Counted from the stretch's first letter, positions 52,001 to 61,305 are shown. The stretch is 64,000 nucleotides of DNA from Azolla caroliniana (GCA_043228905.1 JBHGNT010000015.1:1488001-1552000); one strand, 5' to 3'. The notes: generated by a model not told the origin, from the sequence alone. A program made the numbers and translations.

Positions 52001-52666
52001 TGTTTTTACCCGTTGGGAAACGGCCATTTCCCGTTCCAACGCTTCCTGTGCTTGCCGTAATTCCCGAATCGAATCTTTGTCTGGTTCGGCTTCGGTTTCG
52101 TCCCGCTGCGGCAAGTATGGCGCTACGGCTTCAGCCACGTCAATCTCGAAAAGTGGTACGAACTTCGGGTGTTCCTCTAAGTACTGGGCTTCTTCGTCGT
52201 CTGCCAACCCTTCAAGCATGTTCACGCATTCCGCATACAACGGTGTGCATTCCTTACCGTTGCTCGTCCGTGGTTGTGTCGGTACCCGGACCTTGGCTTT
52301 TCCGCGCCGGAAGGTAATCATATTTTTCCGCCAATTTTGCTTGATGTGTGTTGTTTTCAACCATGGTCTGCCCAGCAACAGTGGGTACGCGCCTTGCGCC
52401 TGTAGCTGCAACACTACAGCCGAGATGTGAAATGTGTGACCTCCTATGGTGACTTCCAATTTCCGTATTAAGCCCGTCGGCCGTACAGAGCTCGTATCCG
52501 CCATCCGTAGCCAGAACGGACATGGCTCCCATTCATGTATACCCAAGGCATCACACGTGCGGAGGCTTATTACGTTCACCCCGGAACCTCCATCGATTAC
52601 TGTGCCGGGAAGTTCGTGCCCTTTGACAATAGCTGTAATCACCGGACTACTAGTGTCCACCACCGT
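49031..52666 (-). CDS. Gypsy pol part of the gag-pol polyprotein (protease, RT, RNase H, integrase)
   Basis: PR VIDGGSGVN; RT SFLDGFSGYNQI..FLDDF; RH VFVDASDIAIG..EREAL..VDHSAL; INT H-H-C-C, WGLDFVGP, ISDQG, PQANGLAE, WTGPY. No chromodomain and no extra archaeal-type RNase H seen. Confidence 0.95.
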   Translation of the reverse strand, partial: TVVDTSSPVITAIVKGHELPGTVIDGGSGVNVISLRTCDALGIHEWEPCPFWLRMADTSSVRPTGLIRKLEVTIGGHTFHISAVVLQLQAQGAYPLLLGRPWLKTTHIKQNWRKNMITFRRGKAKVRVPTQPRTSNGKECTPLYAECVNMLEGLADDEEAQYLEEHPKFVPLFEIDVAEAVAPYLPQRDETEAEPDKDSIRELRQAQEALEREMAVSQRVKTSQLDEVNLGSKDESKPVHIAKEMKPEDKAAMIKLLTEFRDVFAWSYEDMRGLDPQLYQHQIHLGKDAKPVAQRRYRMNPNYAAKVKEEIDKLLRVGFIRPVKKATWLSPIVVVPKKNGKICVCVDYRKLNAATITDAFPLPFTDGVLDAVAGHEVYSFLDGFSGYNQIRMHPDDQEKTAFVTEWGVFVAVVMMFGLKTAPTNFQRIIMEIFGEYIPAFMQVFLDDFAVYSREKDHLQHLRLCLEKCRLYRLSLNPAKCIFGVSSGILLGHIVSKEGIAVDPDKVNAILGAPAPKTAKALSRFLGQIRWHSWMLRHLADLATPLHTAVHRTPFQWTDTEDKAYNALKVLLSQAPVVQPPDWSKEFHVFVDASDIAIGSALMQLTEPKWYRPVYYASRKLSQAEKNYSTTEREALGMIYSVTKFRHYLLGRKFSFHVDHSALLYLVSKASLTGKLARWTLLLQEFEFEIFHWPGIQHAVADYLSRLESGESGDGVSDEFPDAELFRITPETATDDTVASEDRWLTNMHQFLSTGLPPEEMNRDERKQLAVQSRNFCLLRDTLYHKGADGIWRRAVRSDEKQVILREAHCGVAGGHYAGEVTGRKVWQSGLWWPTTLKDAVKYAKECDLCQRMGQPTEQARMPHQPVLPLEPFQKWGLDFVGPFKPPAMRTGNRYVIVATDYCTKWVEAKALRDNIASSTAKFLYENIWCRYGCPIELISDQGGHFLGQVVESLTTFYAVVHKRSTPYYPQANGLAESTNKTLQNILHKIVNENRTDWDTKLHSALWAYRTTYKTSIRTTPFRLAFGLEAVMPVEFQVPSLRIQLRERLNEKESEEMRLAALCELEEQRLASILHMELEQRRRKAFVDRHRKGNEKMFEIGKPVLVFQTRMGKMPGKLRFRWTGPYWLTREYNGSYQLGTLAGEVLGKWVNGFRLKPYKGPMPSNPFMQPTGTIPGTARMEEKDDGEPVAEAKEDTATRKENGKGPKGPTDV

Positions 52667-52671
52667 CGGCC

Positions 52672-55600
52672 TGTTGTAGGCGAGGAAGGTCGTCAATGCG
52701 GAAGATCGAGAAGCATTCGATCCCTGTTTCTTCCCTGTGTATGATAGAATGTAGGTCGTTGCACAGAGATGGAGAGAGAGACAAAAAACTCTATATTCCA
52801 ATAGACAAGAATACAACAATCCAACCTTACAAAAAGGTTACAAGGTCACTATATATAGTGACTGACTTAGGGCAACTACCCTTTATGCTAATTACATAAA
52901 TGGCCAAAACGGGATAGTGTGAATACGTCCATTATACACATGTATTCGACACTCCCCCGTAATGGGCGTATACATGGGTTATCTAAGATTACAGGTATAG
53001 ACTTGGGTTCTCGGACATATCAGCTTTGTTCGAGTCGGCAGGGTCCGAAAGCAGAAGACCGAACTGGTCGGGTCGGAACAGTTGAAGCCGATCATTAAGG
53101 AACTGATGTCGGTTGTCGGGAACCATCCTGCTCTGTGTCCGGCTCTAACCGGACTGGTTTGTCGTTACGCCCATCTGATGCCGAAGAGACCGAAAACGGT
53201 CTGCCGAAAGACACTTGGTCATTCCATCTGCGACATTGTCGGTTGTGGATATTTTCTCTAGACCAATTTTCCCTGAAATGACGCAGTCCCGAACGAAGTG
53301 ATATCGAACGTCGATATGTTTGGAGGCGTTGTGGTGAACCGGATTTTTCGACAGGGCAACAACACCTTGACTGTCGCTGTAGACAACTGGAGCTGAGTCA
53401 TGGTCGACTTGTCGAAACGTGTGCGCCAGCCGACCGAGCCACAAAGCTTCTTTTGCTGCGTCGGACGCAGCTACATATTCTGCTTCGGTTGTTGAGGTCG
53501 CTGTGCACTCCTGAAGTTTCGACTTCCACGAGATTGCTCCATTGCCGAATTTGAAGCAGTATCCGGTTGTTGATTTTCGACTGTCTATACAGCCGGCGAA
53601 ATCCGAGTCGGTGTAACCGACTACGCCTGAGGTTCGGTTCGGACCGAAAAGAATGCCATGGTCTTTTGTGCCAGCCAGATATCTGAACACATGCTTGACT
53701 GCGTTCCAATGCGATCGGCCAGGATTGTGCATAAATCTGCTAACGACTCCTACGGCATGAGAGATATCAGGCCGTGTCGCGACCATCAGGTACATAAGGG
53801 AGCCGACTGCCGGTGCATACGGTACCGACTTCATATCTTCCCCCTCCGGACCGGATGTCGGGCAGTCTCGCTGAGAGAGCCGAAGATTCATGGGGAGCGG
53901 GGTTGAAGCAGATTTGGCTGATTGCATGTTGAAGCGTTCCAAGACACGTCCGATGTAGTCGGTCTGAGACAAAAAAAGATGTCGTTTATCGCGATGCCGA
54001 CTAATCTTCATGCCGAGTATGTGTCGTGCCGGACCGAGGTCCTTCATGGCAAACTTCAACCGCAGTTGCCGAACGAGATCGGCAAGTTCGCCCGAGTGGC
54101 GTCCAGAAATTAGCATGTCGTCCACGTAAATGATGAGGAAGATGGGTGATCCATCTTGAGCTGTGTTGGTAAAGAGACAATGGTCCTCATCGCTTTTTGA
54201 GAAGCCGATCGATTGGATGAAGTCGTCGAACTTCTTGTACCATTGTCGCGGTGCCTGTTTGAGGCCGTATAGACTCTTCCTGAGTCGGCAGACTAGATGT
54301 TCTTGGCCAGGTGCCACGAAGCCTTTTGGCTGCTCCATATAAATTTCCTCCTCGAGATCACCATGGAGGAAGGCTGTTTTGACATCTAGCTGAATCAGCT
54401 CCAAGTTGTCGGCTGCCACTACGCCGAGCAGAAAACGAAGGGTTGTCATTTTCACCACTGGTGAAAAAATCTCGTCGAAGTCGACGCCATATTCTTGTCG
54501 GAAGCCCTTCGCAACTAATCTGGCCTTGTACTTTGGGGTGGTCGAATCAGACGTCTCTTTTAGTCGATAAACCCACTTGCAAGGAAGAGCACGTCGGTTC
54601 CTAGGTAATTCGACCAGATCCCAAGTCTTGTTTGCCCGAATGGAGTGCATTTCCGACTCCATCGCCAGATGCCAGGTGGCGGAATCGACAGATGTCGATG
54701 CTTCTTCGTAAGACGTCGGTTCGCCGGCGTCGGTGAAGAAAATTCCAGGAGAGTACCTCTCCGGAGGTTGCGACAGTCTCTCGGATCGTCGAGGTATGAT
54801 TGGACTGGTCGCATCGGGTATCGTGGTCGGATGGTCCGAAAGCGAGTTGTTCTGCTGTGCCGAGTCGGAGTTGTCCGAGTCGGTAGAGTAAGGTTCAGCT
54901 ACCCGTGAAGCTGACCGTGTGTTGAGAGCGGGGCCTTCTTGAAGGGTCGGCACATCGGAAAATGTTACCCTTCGGACTTCGATTGGTTTTTCGACGGATG
55001 GGTTCATAGCCGACTCGTTGAACACAACGTCCGAACTTCGAACGATTTGCCTGCGTTCGGGGTCCCAGAGTCGGTATCCCATTTCGCCGTCGGATCCATA
55101 TCCAAGGAAAATGCATTTCCTGGACCGAGGTGCAAGTTTTCGGCGATCATCTTTCGGAATGAGGGCGTACGCCTCGCATCCGAAGATCCTCAGCTTGTCG
55201 TAATTCGGCTTACTGCCGATCCATAGTTCCTGAGGAATTTGAAGTCCCAGAGGTCTACTTGGCGACATATTGATTATGTGTACTGCCGTGAGTAGAGCCT
55301 CTGCCCAGAAGCCATCCGACAGTCCGGAGTGTTGGAGCATGGAAACTGTCCGTTCTTGGATTGTCCGATTCATTCGTTCTGCAATCCCGTTTTGCTTCGG
55401 ACTGTGTGGTGCCGTAAGTTCACGTCGGATGCCGCGTTGTCGGCAGAATTTGACGAATTCTTCGGATTTAAACTCTCCACCGTTGTCGGTTCGAAAGCAT
55501 TTCAGCTTTCGGTCGGTTTGATTTTCCACCATAGCGAGCCAATCGGTGAAGATCGAGAAGACACGATCTTTGGTGCGAATTGGATAAGCCCACACCTTTC

Positions 55601-58024
55601 GAGTCGAATCGTCAATAAAACTGACGAAGTAAGAGGCACCGCCTAGAGACTGATGCGGCATTGGGCCACAGACGTCCGAATGGACTAAATCAAGAGGTCT
55701 CGTTTCTCTTGGTGCTGATGTCGGGTGTGATGCGGCTGCTTGTTTGCCATACTGGCAATGCTCGCAGAATTGATGGTCGGAGAAGGAGAGTTTTGGGATG
55801 TATCCGGCTCTAGATAGATGCGTGATGCCGGCCTTGCTGAGGTGTCCTAATCTTCTGTGCCATAGTGATGACACAGGAATATCCACCAAAAACAGGTTAC
55901 CCTCTCTGAGCGTAACATGTAACGGATACAGTGAGTGTATCTTGGGTCCTCTAGCAAGCAGGAGGTTCCCCCTGTGGAGTGTCCACCCTCCCGAAGAAAA
56001 GCCGGCACGAATGCCGTCTTCATCTAGTTGTCCGACTGAGATCAATGGCCTTGAGAGCTCGGGTACATGTCGGACATTGTGGAGTACAAGTGTAGAGCCA
56101 CCTGCAAGGTTGAGCTCTACTGTGCCGATTCCGATGATGTCACAGTGTTGTGAGTTGCCGACTCGAACTGAGTCGGAGTGACGGATCGTATATTGCCGAA
56201 ATTGGGATCGATGAGGAGTCACGTGAAATGACGCGCCCGAATCCAAGAGCCACGTGCTCGATTCTTCAGTCGTGAGCAGAACTTCTGATCCGACTGGATT
56301 TTCGATTGATAGTATATTCGGGTCGTCCGGTAGTACATCAGCTGAGAAGCTGACGTAATTGATCTCCTCATGCCGGCCACTCTTCTTGTTGTTCTTGTTC
56401 TTGAGTGCGCGGCAGTCGGCTTTGATGTGTCCGGGTTTCTTGCAGTAGTTGCAGATTCGGTTATCCCGTGACTGGCTCCGTCTTCGCTGATTGTTCGGCG
56501 GCCGTGAGTAATCTCTTCCTCGTATGTTCGATCGGTCTGTCGAACCTTGTACTACGTAAGCGTCGTCTGTTGAGTCTTTGGCAAAAGACTTTCTCCGAGC
56601 TGCTTCGGTCAGGATTGCGCTCGTGACTTCGGAGTATTTAACAGCCGTGGTTGACGCGTTGCACACGGTTGTGACGAAAGTTTCCCATGATGAGGGAAGG
56701 CTACTCATGAGTATCATTGCTCTGAGTTCATCCTCGATTGCCGTCCCCTGTGACGAGATTTGGGAGCTTATGCTTTCGTACTCATTGAGGTGTGCTTGAA
56801 CCGAATCGGATTCTTTCATCCGCAAGTTGTAGAGTCGCCGGATCAGAAACATCTTTGTTGCGGCGACCTTCTTTTCGTAAGTGTCCGACAGTGTTTTCCA
56901 CAGTTCAAATGCTGTCGTACACGATTGCACCGTAAAGTATACCGATTCCGATAGGTGCATCCGAATCGTGGCGCGGACGATTCTGTCCAGCTTCTGCCAC
57001 TCAATTGGTTTGTATCCTTCTGGAGGTTCTTCATTTTCGATGGGATCGATTTGCCCCTTGACTATGAGATAGTCCTGCATTTGCTCCTTCCAGAAGTTAA
57101 AGTTCGATCCATCGAACTTTCGTAGACTCATTTCTGACGAGCCGGATGTTGATGCCATCAAATTGGGTTTCGGTTGACGAAGCTCGGTTCGGAGTTGACT
57201 ACGAGCCTTGTTGGAGTGCAGCCGGTTGGCTCACCCGATATCGTTCTAGTCGGATTTGAACCCGAGTCGGTTCGGCTTCGGAACTTGCTCGAATTGACTC
57301 CGGTAACTTGAGGGACAGAACCGACTGGTCTTCCCGAATGTCGCCGAGTCGGAGTGAGCCCGGTTCGCTTCGGATATATATGCCGAGTACCGATTATTGA
57401 AACCGATTATCTGGACCGATTCGGCTTCGGTTGACTGCAGCGATGAGAGAGACGGATCCGACTGATCCTCCCGAATGTCGATCAGCCAGATGAAGCACGA
57501 ATTTGGGTTGTTGTCAGAGTTGCACAAGGGGATTTCACCTCGAGCGGTTACGATCACAGGGGACAGAGTACAACCTGCTGGCTTACTCCAAGCAAGGGGA
57601 TCTAACGCGATGAGGTGCAAACCTCGTTTTTGTTCTTCTTCTCTCTTTCTTCGAATGACGCGAATACTGTGCAGGCCGTGTTGAGGTGAAGAACCGAATG
57701 CTGTGCAGGCGGTGATGACGGCCGAACCTCGCTCTGATACCAGATGTTGTAGGCGAGGAAGGTCGTCAATGCGGAAGATCGAGAAGCATTCGATCCCTGT
57801 TTCTTCCCTGTGTATGATAGAATGTAGGTCGTTGCACAGAGATGGAGAGAGAGACAAAAAACTCTATATTCCAATAGACAAGAATACAACAATCCAACCT
57901 TACAAAAAGGTTACAAGGTCACTATATATAGTGACTGACTTAGGGCAACTACCCTTTATGCTAATTACATAAATGGCCAAAACGGGATAGTGTGAATACG
58001 TCCATTATACACATGTATTCGACA
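52672..58024 (-). mobile_element. Intact young Ty1/Copia (Tnt1/Tork-like) nested in the Gypsy gag-pol
   Basis: 280-bp LTRs 52672-52951 and 57745-58024 with no differences seen. TSD CGGCC at 52667-52671 and 58025-58029. PBS TGGTATCAGAGC at 57731-57742. PPT ACGGGGGAG at 52952-52960. Confidence 0.97.
53145..57161 (-). CDS. Copia gag-pol polyprotein, 1338 aa, uninterrupted
   Basis: KFDGSNFNFWK, CNYCKKPGHIKADC, WLLDSGASFH, LWHRRLGH, RTDNGGEF..QNGIAER, QLDVKTAFLHG, IYVDDML, GYTDSDFAG, KHIDVRYH. Confidence 0.97.
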   Translation of the reverse strand: MMASTSGSSEMSLRKFDGSNFNFWKEQMQDYLIVKGQIDPIENEEPPEGYKPIEWQKLDRIVRATIRMHLSESVYFTVQSCTTAFELWKTLSDTYEKKVAATKMFLIRRLYNLRMKESDSVQAHLNEYESISSQISSQGTAIEDELRAMILMSSLPSSWETFVTTVCNASTTAVKYSEVTSAILTEAARRKSFAKDSTDDAYVVQGSTDRSNIRGRDYSRPPNNQRRRSQSRDNRICNYCKKPGHIKADCRALKNKNNKKSGRHEEINYVSFSADVLPDDPNILSIENPVGSEVLLTTEESSTWLLDSGASFHVTPHRSQFRQYTIRHSDSVRVGNSQHCDIIGIGTVELNLAGGSTLVLHNVRHVPELSRPLISVGQLDEDGIRAGFSSGGWTLHRGNLLLARGPKIHSLYPLHVTLREGNLFLVDIPVSSLWHRRLGHLSKAGITHLSRAGYIPKLSFSDHQFCEHCQYGKQAAASHPTSAPRETRPLDLVHSDVCGPMPHQSLGGASYFVSFIDDSTRKVWAYPIRTKDRVFSIFTDWLAMVENQTDRKLKCFRTDNGGEFKSEEFVKFCRQRGIRRELTAPHSPKQNGIAERMNRTIQERTVSMLQHSGLSDGFWAEALLTAVHIINMSPSRPLGLQIPQELWIGSKPNYDKLRIFGCEAYALIPKDDRRKLAPRSRKCIFLGYGSDGEMGYRLWDPERRQIVRSSDVVFNESAMNPSVEKPIEVRRVTFSDVPTLQEGPALNTRSASRVAEPYSTDSDNSDSAQQNNSLSDHPTTIPDATSPIIPRRSERLSQPPERYSPGIFFTDAGEPTSYEEASTSVDSATWHLAMESEMHSIRANKTWDLVELPRNRRALPCKWVYRLKETSDSTTPKYKARLVAKGFRQEYGVDFDEIFSPVVKMTTLRFLLGVVAADNLELIQLDVKTAFLHGDLEEEIYMEQPKGFVAPGQEHLVCRLRKSLYGLKQAPRQWYKKFDDFIQSIGFSKSDEDHCLFTNTAQDGSPIFLIIYVDDMLISGRHSGELADLVRQLRLKFAMKDLGPARHILGMKISRHRDKRHLFLSQTDYIGRVLERFNMQSAKSASTPLPMNLRLSQRDCPTSGPEGEDMKSVPYAPAVGSLMYLMVATRPDISHAVGVVSRFMHNPGRSHWNAVKHVFRYLAGTKDHGILFGPNRTSGVVGYTDSDFAGCIDSRKSTTGYCFKFGNGAISWKSKLQECTATSTTEAEYVAASDAAKEALWLGRLAHTFRQVDHDSAPVVYSDSQGVVALSKNPVHHNASKHIDVRYHFVRDCVISGKIGLEKISTTDNVADGMTKCLSADRFRSLRHQMGVTTNQSG

Positions 58025-60235
58025 CGGCCCCTCCTCCGGATTCGAGAAGAGGACTGGTGCTGGTGGGGCTATACCGTCTGTCATGACCGTTTTTAGTCCT
58101 TCCGTAAATCGCGGCACGAGCTGCAAGAGTCTTCCTAATGGCAACGTGATCTGACATTCTTGCAATACTTGCCATGTCTCGTTTTCTGCGTGGCTACCGC
58201 CGGCACTCCCTATGGTATTCGCCTTTTGCCGTTCCGCGTCCGCGACGTTCCTTTCATTGGCTTCCTTCACCCATTCCGTCGCCTGTTTTCGTATGGCCTC
58301 TTGTGTTTCCCACTCTTTGGCCATGCCTTTCGACCGTGTGGTTACTTGCTGTACATCCGCCACTTCCGGAACCACCATATTAACTGCTGGTCGTTTATCG
58401 TAGCTCTTTGCCGGGCACTGGTTACTGTAGTGGCCTTCCTGCCTGCAGTAGTAGCAGTACTCTTTACGGGTATTGCTGGATTCAGCATTGCTGGTAGCCG
58501 GAGTCGGTCCCATAGTGAGTGGTGCGTTCTGTGCCGGTTGGCTCCTTGGGGTTCCATGTTCCGAGTCCCTAGTGTGACCACCTTTCTTGAAATAACGTTT
58601 CTTATTATTCTTATTTTTATTTCGGTAGTCCTGTCGTGGTGGATCGTAAAATCGGCCGTAGTCCTCCTGGTGCCTTCGGTAACCAGGGGAATGGTCTCTG
58701 TCGTATTGCTCGTGTCGTCTGTTGGACTCCCGATAACGGTCCGATCGCTCATACCGGTCGTAGTTATCATGCCGATCCCCGTACCGGCCATCATTCTCTT
58801 GTCTGTCTCCGTACCGGACATCCTGTGCCGGTCGGTACCGGTTCATTCTTTGCCAACGATCTTCATCTTCGTCTCGGCTGCTTCTTGGCTCGATCCGTCG
58901 AACGGGTGGTGCTTGTCGGTTTAGCAGGTTATACTCGCACCGGTCCGTTGTATGACTCTTGGATTGACAAATCACACACTGGGTTCGCATGGTGCACTCC
59001 ACTGCCGAGTGTCCGGCATTCAAGCAGATTGTGCATTGAATTGCCTGCCGGAACCGGAGATCTTCATTTGTGGGTAACGCCCGTTGCAGTGCTCCCAGTG
59101 TAAGCCATGAGCTTGACTTTTCCATTTCTCTGACCCGGTCAATGACCTGGTCAATGGTGCTTCCTCGAAAGTCGATCACCGTACACACCATGCGTAACGG
59201 TTCCTGGAGTGCGTTTAAAAATATCGTCCGTAATTCCTCCTCCGCGGGTGCACGGGTAAGCTGGCTATGTATTCGTTGGAAACGGATGACGAATTGGGGA
59301 ATGCTTTCCCCTGCCTCCTGTCGGATCGTATAAAACAGGCCCACCATCGTCGTCTGGTCGACCTCCTTGTGGAAAAAATGCAAGAATTTTGCTTTTAATT
59401 CTGCAAAGGTTGTGATGGTTGCCGGGTCCTGCGTCCGCCGCCATCGTGCCGCTGGTCCTTCCAACGTGACCCCAAATTCCGCTATCTTCGAGCGTTCTTC
59501 TTCCTCCGGTGTCAATCGCTGGGACGCGTGATTTGCTTCCCATGTCTGCTCGAAGGCATGAACATGTGCTTCCGCGTCCGGATCATCGCGATACTTTGAG
59601 TATTGGAACGGCATGTCGTCGTCCAGTATTAGGCCGCGGTTTAGTGGCGTTTGTTGATATCTTTCCGGTTTTCTCTCCGGTTCCACGTCCGGTTCTTTTG
59701 CCGGTGCTTTTTCCGGTTCCTTCACCGGCTCTTCTTCCGGTTCCTTCACTGGCTCTTTCGTTGGTGTCGGTGGCTTTGCTTCTTCCACTTCCGGTGTTGG
59801 TGGGTTGACGGCTTCCGTTTGCGGTTCCAGATAGCCCTGGTCAAACGGTTCCGGTTCTGGAGTCGGCACGGTATCCGACCCGTCGTCCTCCGGGCCGTCG
59901 GGGGTATCGTTGCTGCTCCGGTAGTTCGTGTGCACGCTGTATCCCCCGTCGGAATCCGATTCGTAGGCTGAAAATGCTTCTGCCTCGTTTTCTCCGCTTG
60001 CCAGCGCCTCGAGGAGGCGTTCGGTTTCCCGGAGACTACTTAGACCGCTTCCGTCGTCCTGGTCGCGAGTTTGCTGTAACCGAAGAGATTCCTCCGCGAC
60101 TCTCCGGATCTCGTTGGAGAACGAACGATCCGAGCGAATTTCGTGCGCTGCTTGCTGGAAAGTCTCACGCCGTCTTTGCCGTTCGGCGAGGCGTCGAGCT
60201 CGGTCTGTAACCAGGTCGTGCGTTGGTCTAGTCAT
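58025..60235 (-). CDS. Gypsy gag part of the gag-pol polyprotein
   Basis: Retrotrans-gag TLEGPAARW..FAELKAKFL..IRQEAGESIPQF, with three CCHC knuckles (CTICLNAGHSAVEC, CVICQSKSHTTDRC, CYYCRQEGHYSNQC). Joins pol in frame once the Copia and one TSD copy are removed. Confidence 0.93.
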
Positions 60236-60267
60236 CCATTAAGCCGTCGTTCGCTGCGAGAAAGCAG

Positions 60268-60282
60268 GAATCGTGGTCGCCA
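60268..60282 (-). other. Gypsy primer-binding site (tRNA-Arg type)
   Basis: Minus strand after the 5' LTR reads CAGTTT-TGGCGACCACGATTC. TGGCGACCAC is complementary to recalled plant tRNA-Arg(UCG/CCG) 3' ends (..GTGGTCGCCA). Confidence 0.75.
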
Positions 60283-60288
60283 AAACTG

Positions 60289-60707
60289 TGTTATTCTCTG
60301 ACCGGACAAGGCCTAACACAAGGTGTCACGGAGACACTTCACCAAAGGGTGGTTACGGCATAGGATTATGACTCAACAATTACACCGACCTAAGTAGGTT
60401 ACACGATTAGAGCGCTTTTGTTAATTACACGCGTAAGATATAACAGTAAGTACAGAACGGAAATCAACACAGAAGTATAAACACCATACGCTCTATTAAT
60501 TATCCGCTGCGATTACAATGGGGTCCGGGCCTTTAAATAGGTTTCCGGCCCGTAGTACAAAACGGTGCCTATCGCACCTATTCGGGATCCGTCCGGATCT
60601 GGAACGGCATACCGTTTCCAGTCCGTCCGTCCATACTATGCTTATTTACAACCATACTTAATTAATTCCTTCACTCCGTATTTTGGACTCCTTGCCGGCC
60701 GGTAACA
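60289..60707 (-). repeat. Gypsy 5' LTR
   Basis: Identical to 45515-45933; followed on the minus strand by the PBS and the gag ATG at 60235. Confidence 0.96.
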
Positions 60708-60712
60708 GTTTG

Positions 60713-60728
60713 TATATGTACATTGTGT

Positions 60729-60761
<33 letters not shown>

Positions 60762-60784
60762 GAATCACTCTCGATTTTTTTTCA
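60713..60784 (+). mobile_element. Copia solo LTR, right part
   Basis: ..(CT)n(CA)n-CAGAATCA..GAT..CA matches the 3' end of the LTR at 4380-4560 (reverse complement). Followed by ATCCA, versus ATCGA at the left end. Confidence 0.8.
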
Positions 60785-61305
60785 ATCCAAAATAAAAATA
60801 GATAAAAGAGTCCTAATATTGTACAAAACATGTTATGGTGTAACATATTCTATAAAGCATATGACTATGTACTAGGCCTAGTTTCATTTCCATCCAAGTT
60901 TCTCCAGATTCTTTACAATCGAAAATAAAAATAGATAAAAGAGTTCTAGTATTGTACAAAAATGCTATGGTGTAACATATTCTATAAAGGAAATGACTAT
61001 GTACTATGCCTAGTTTCATTTCCATCCAAGTTTCTCCAGATTCTTTACAATCGAAAATAAAAATAGATAAAAGAGTTCTAGTATTGTACAAAAATGCTAT
61101 GGTGTAACATATTCTATAAAGGAAATGACTATGTACTAGGCCTAGTTTCATGTCCATCCAAGTTTCTCCTGATTCTTTACAATCACAATAAATAAATAAA
61201 TAGATAGATAAAAGAGTTCTAGTATTGTACAAAACATGTTATAGTGTAACATACTTTATAAAAGAAATAACTATGTACTAGGCCTAGTTTCATTTCCATC
61301 CAAGT
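60783..61305. repeat. 132-bp tandem repeat, about 4 copies
   Basis: Anchor CAATC at 60783, 60916, 61048 and 61180. Unit AAAATAAAAATAGATAAAAGAGTTCTAGTATTGTAC..CCATCCAAGTTTCTCCAGATTCTTTA. Confidence 0.95.

Larger units (their letters stand above)
45515..60707 (-). mobile_element. Full-length non-chromoviral (Athila-like) Ty3/Gypsy retrotransposon with extra 3' ORF, interrupted by a nested Copia
   Basis: Two 419-bp LTRs (45515-45933, 60289-60707; TGTTA..TAACA) with no differences seen. TSD GTTTG at 45510-45514 and 60708-60712. gag-PR-RT-RH-INT order on the minus strand. Confidence 0.96.

Noticed and set aside
52667-52819. N-terminal extension of the 1262-aa pol ORF (MLYSCLLEY..)
   Set aside because: It is Copia LTR sequence starting at TTG that happens to be in frame; not part of the native Gypsy protein.
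57246-57892. 203-aa and 96-aa ORFs over the Copia 5' LTR and leader
   Set aside because: They start inside the LTR, cross the PBS and have no recognisable domain; likely chance ORFs in a GC-rich leader.
58160-60210. Plus-strand ORFs antisense to Gypsy gag (and similar ones opposite pol and the extra ORF)
   Set aside because: Expected shadow ORFs of GC-rich coding sequence with no domain signal.
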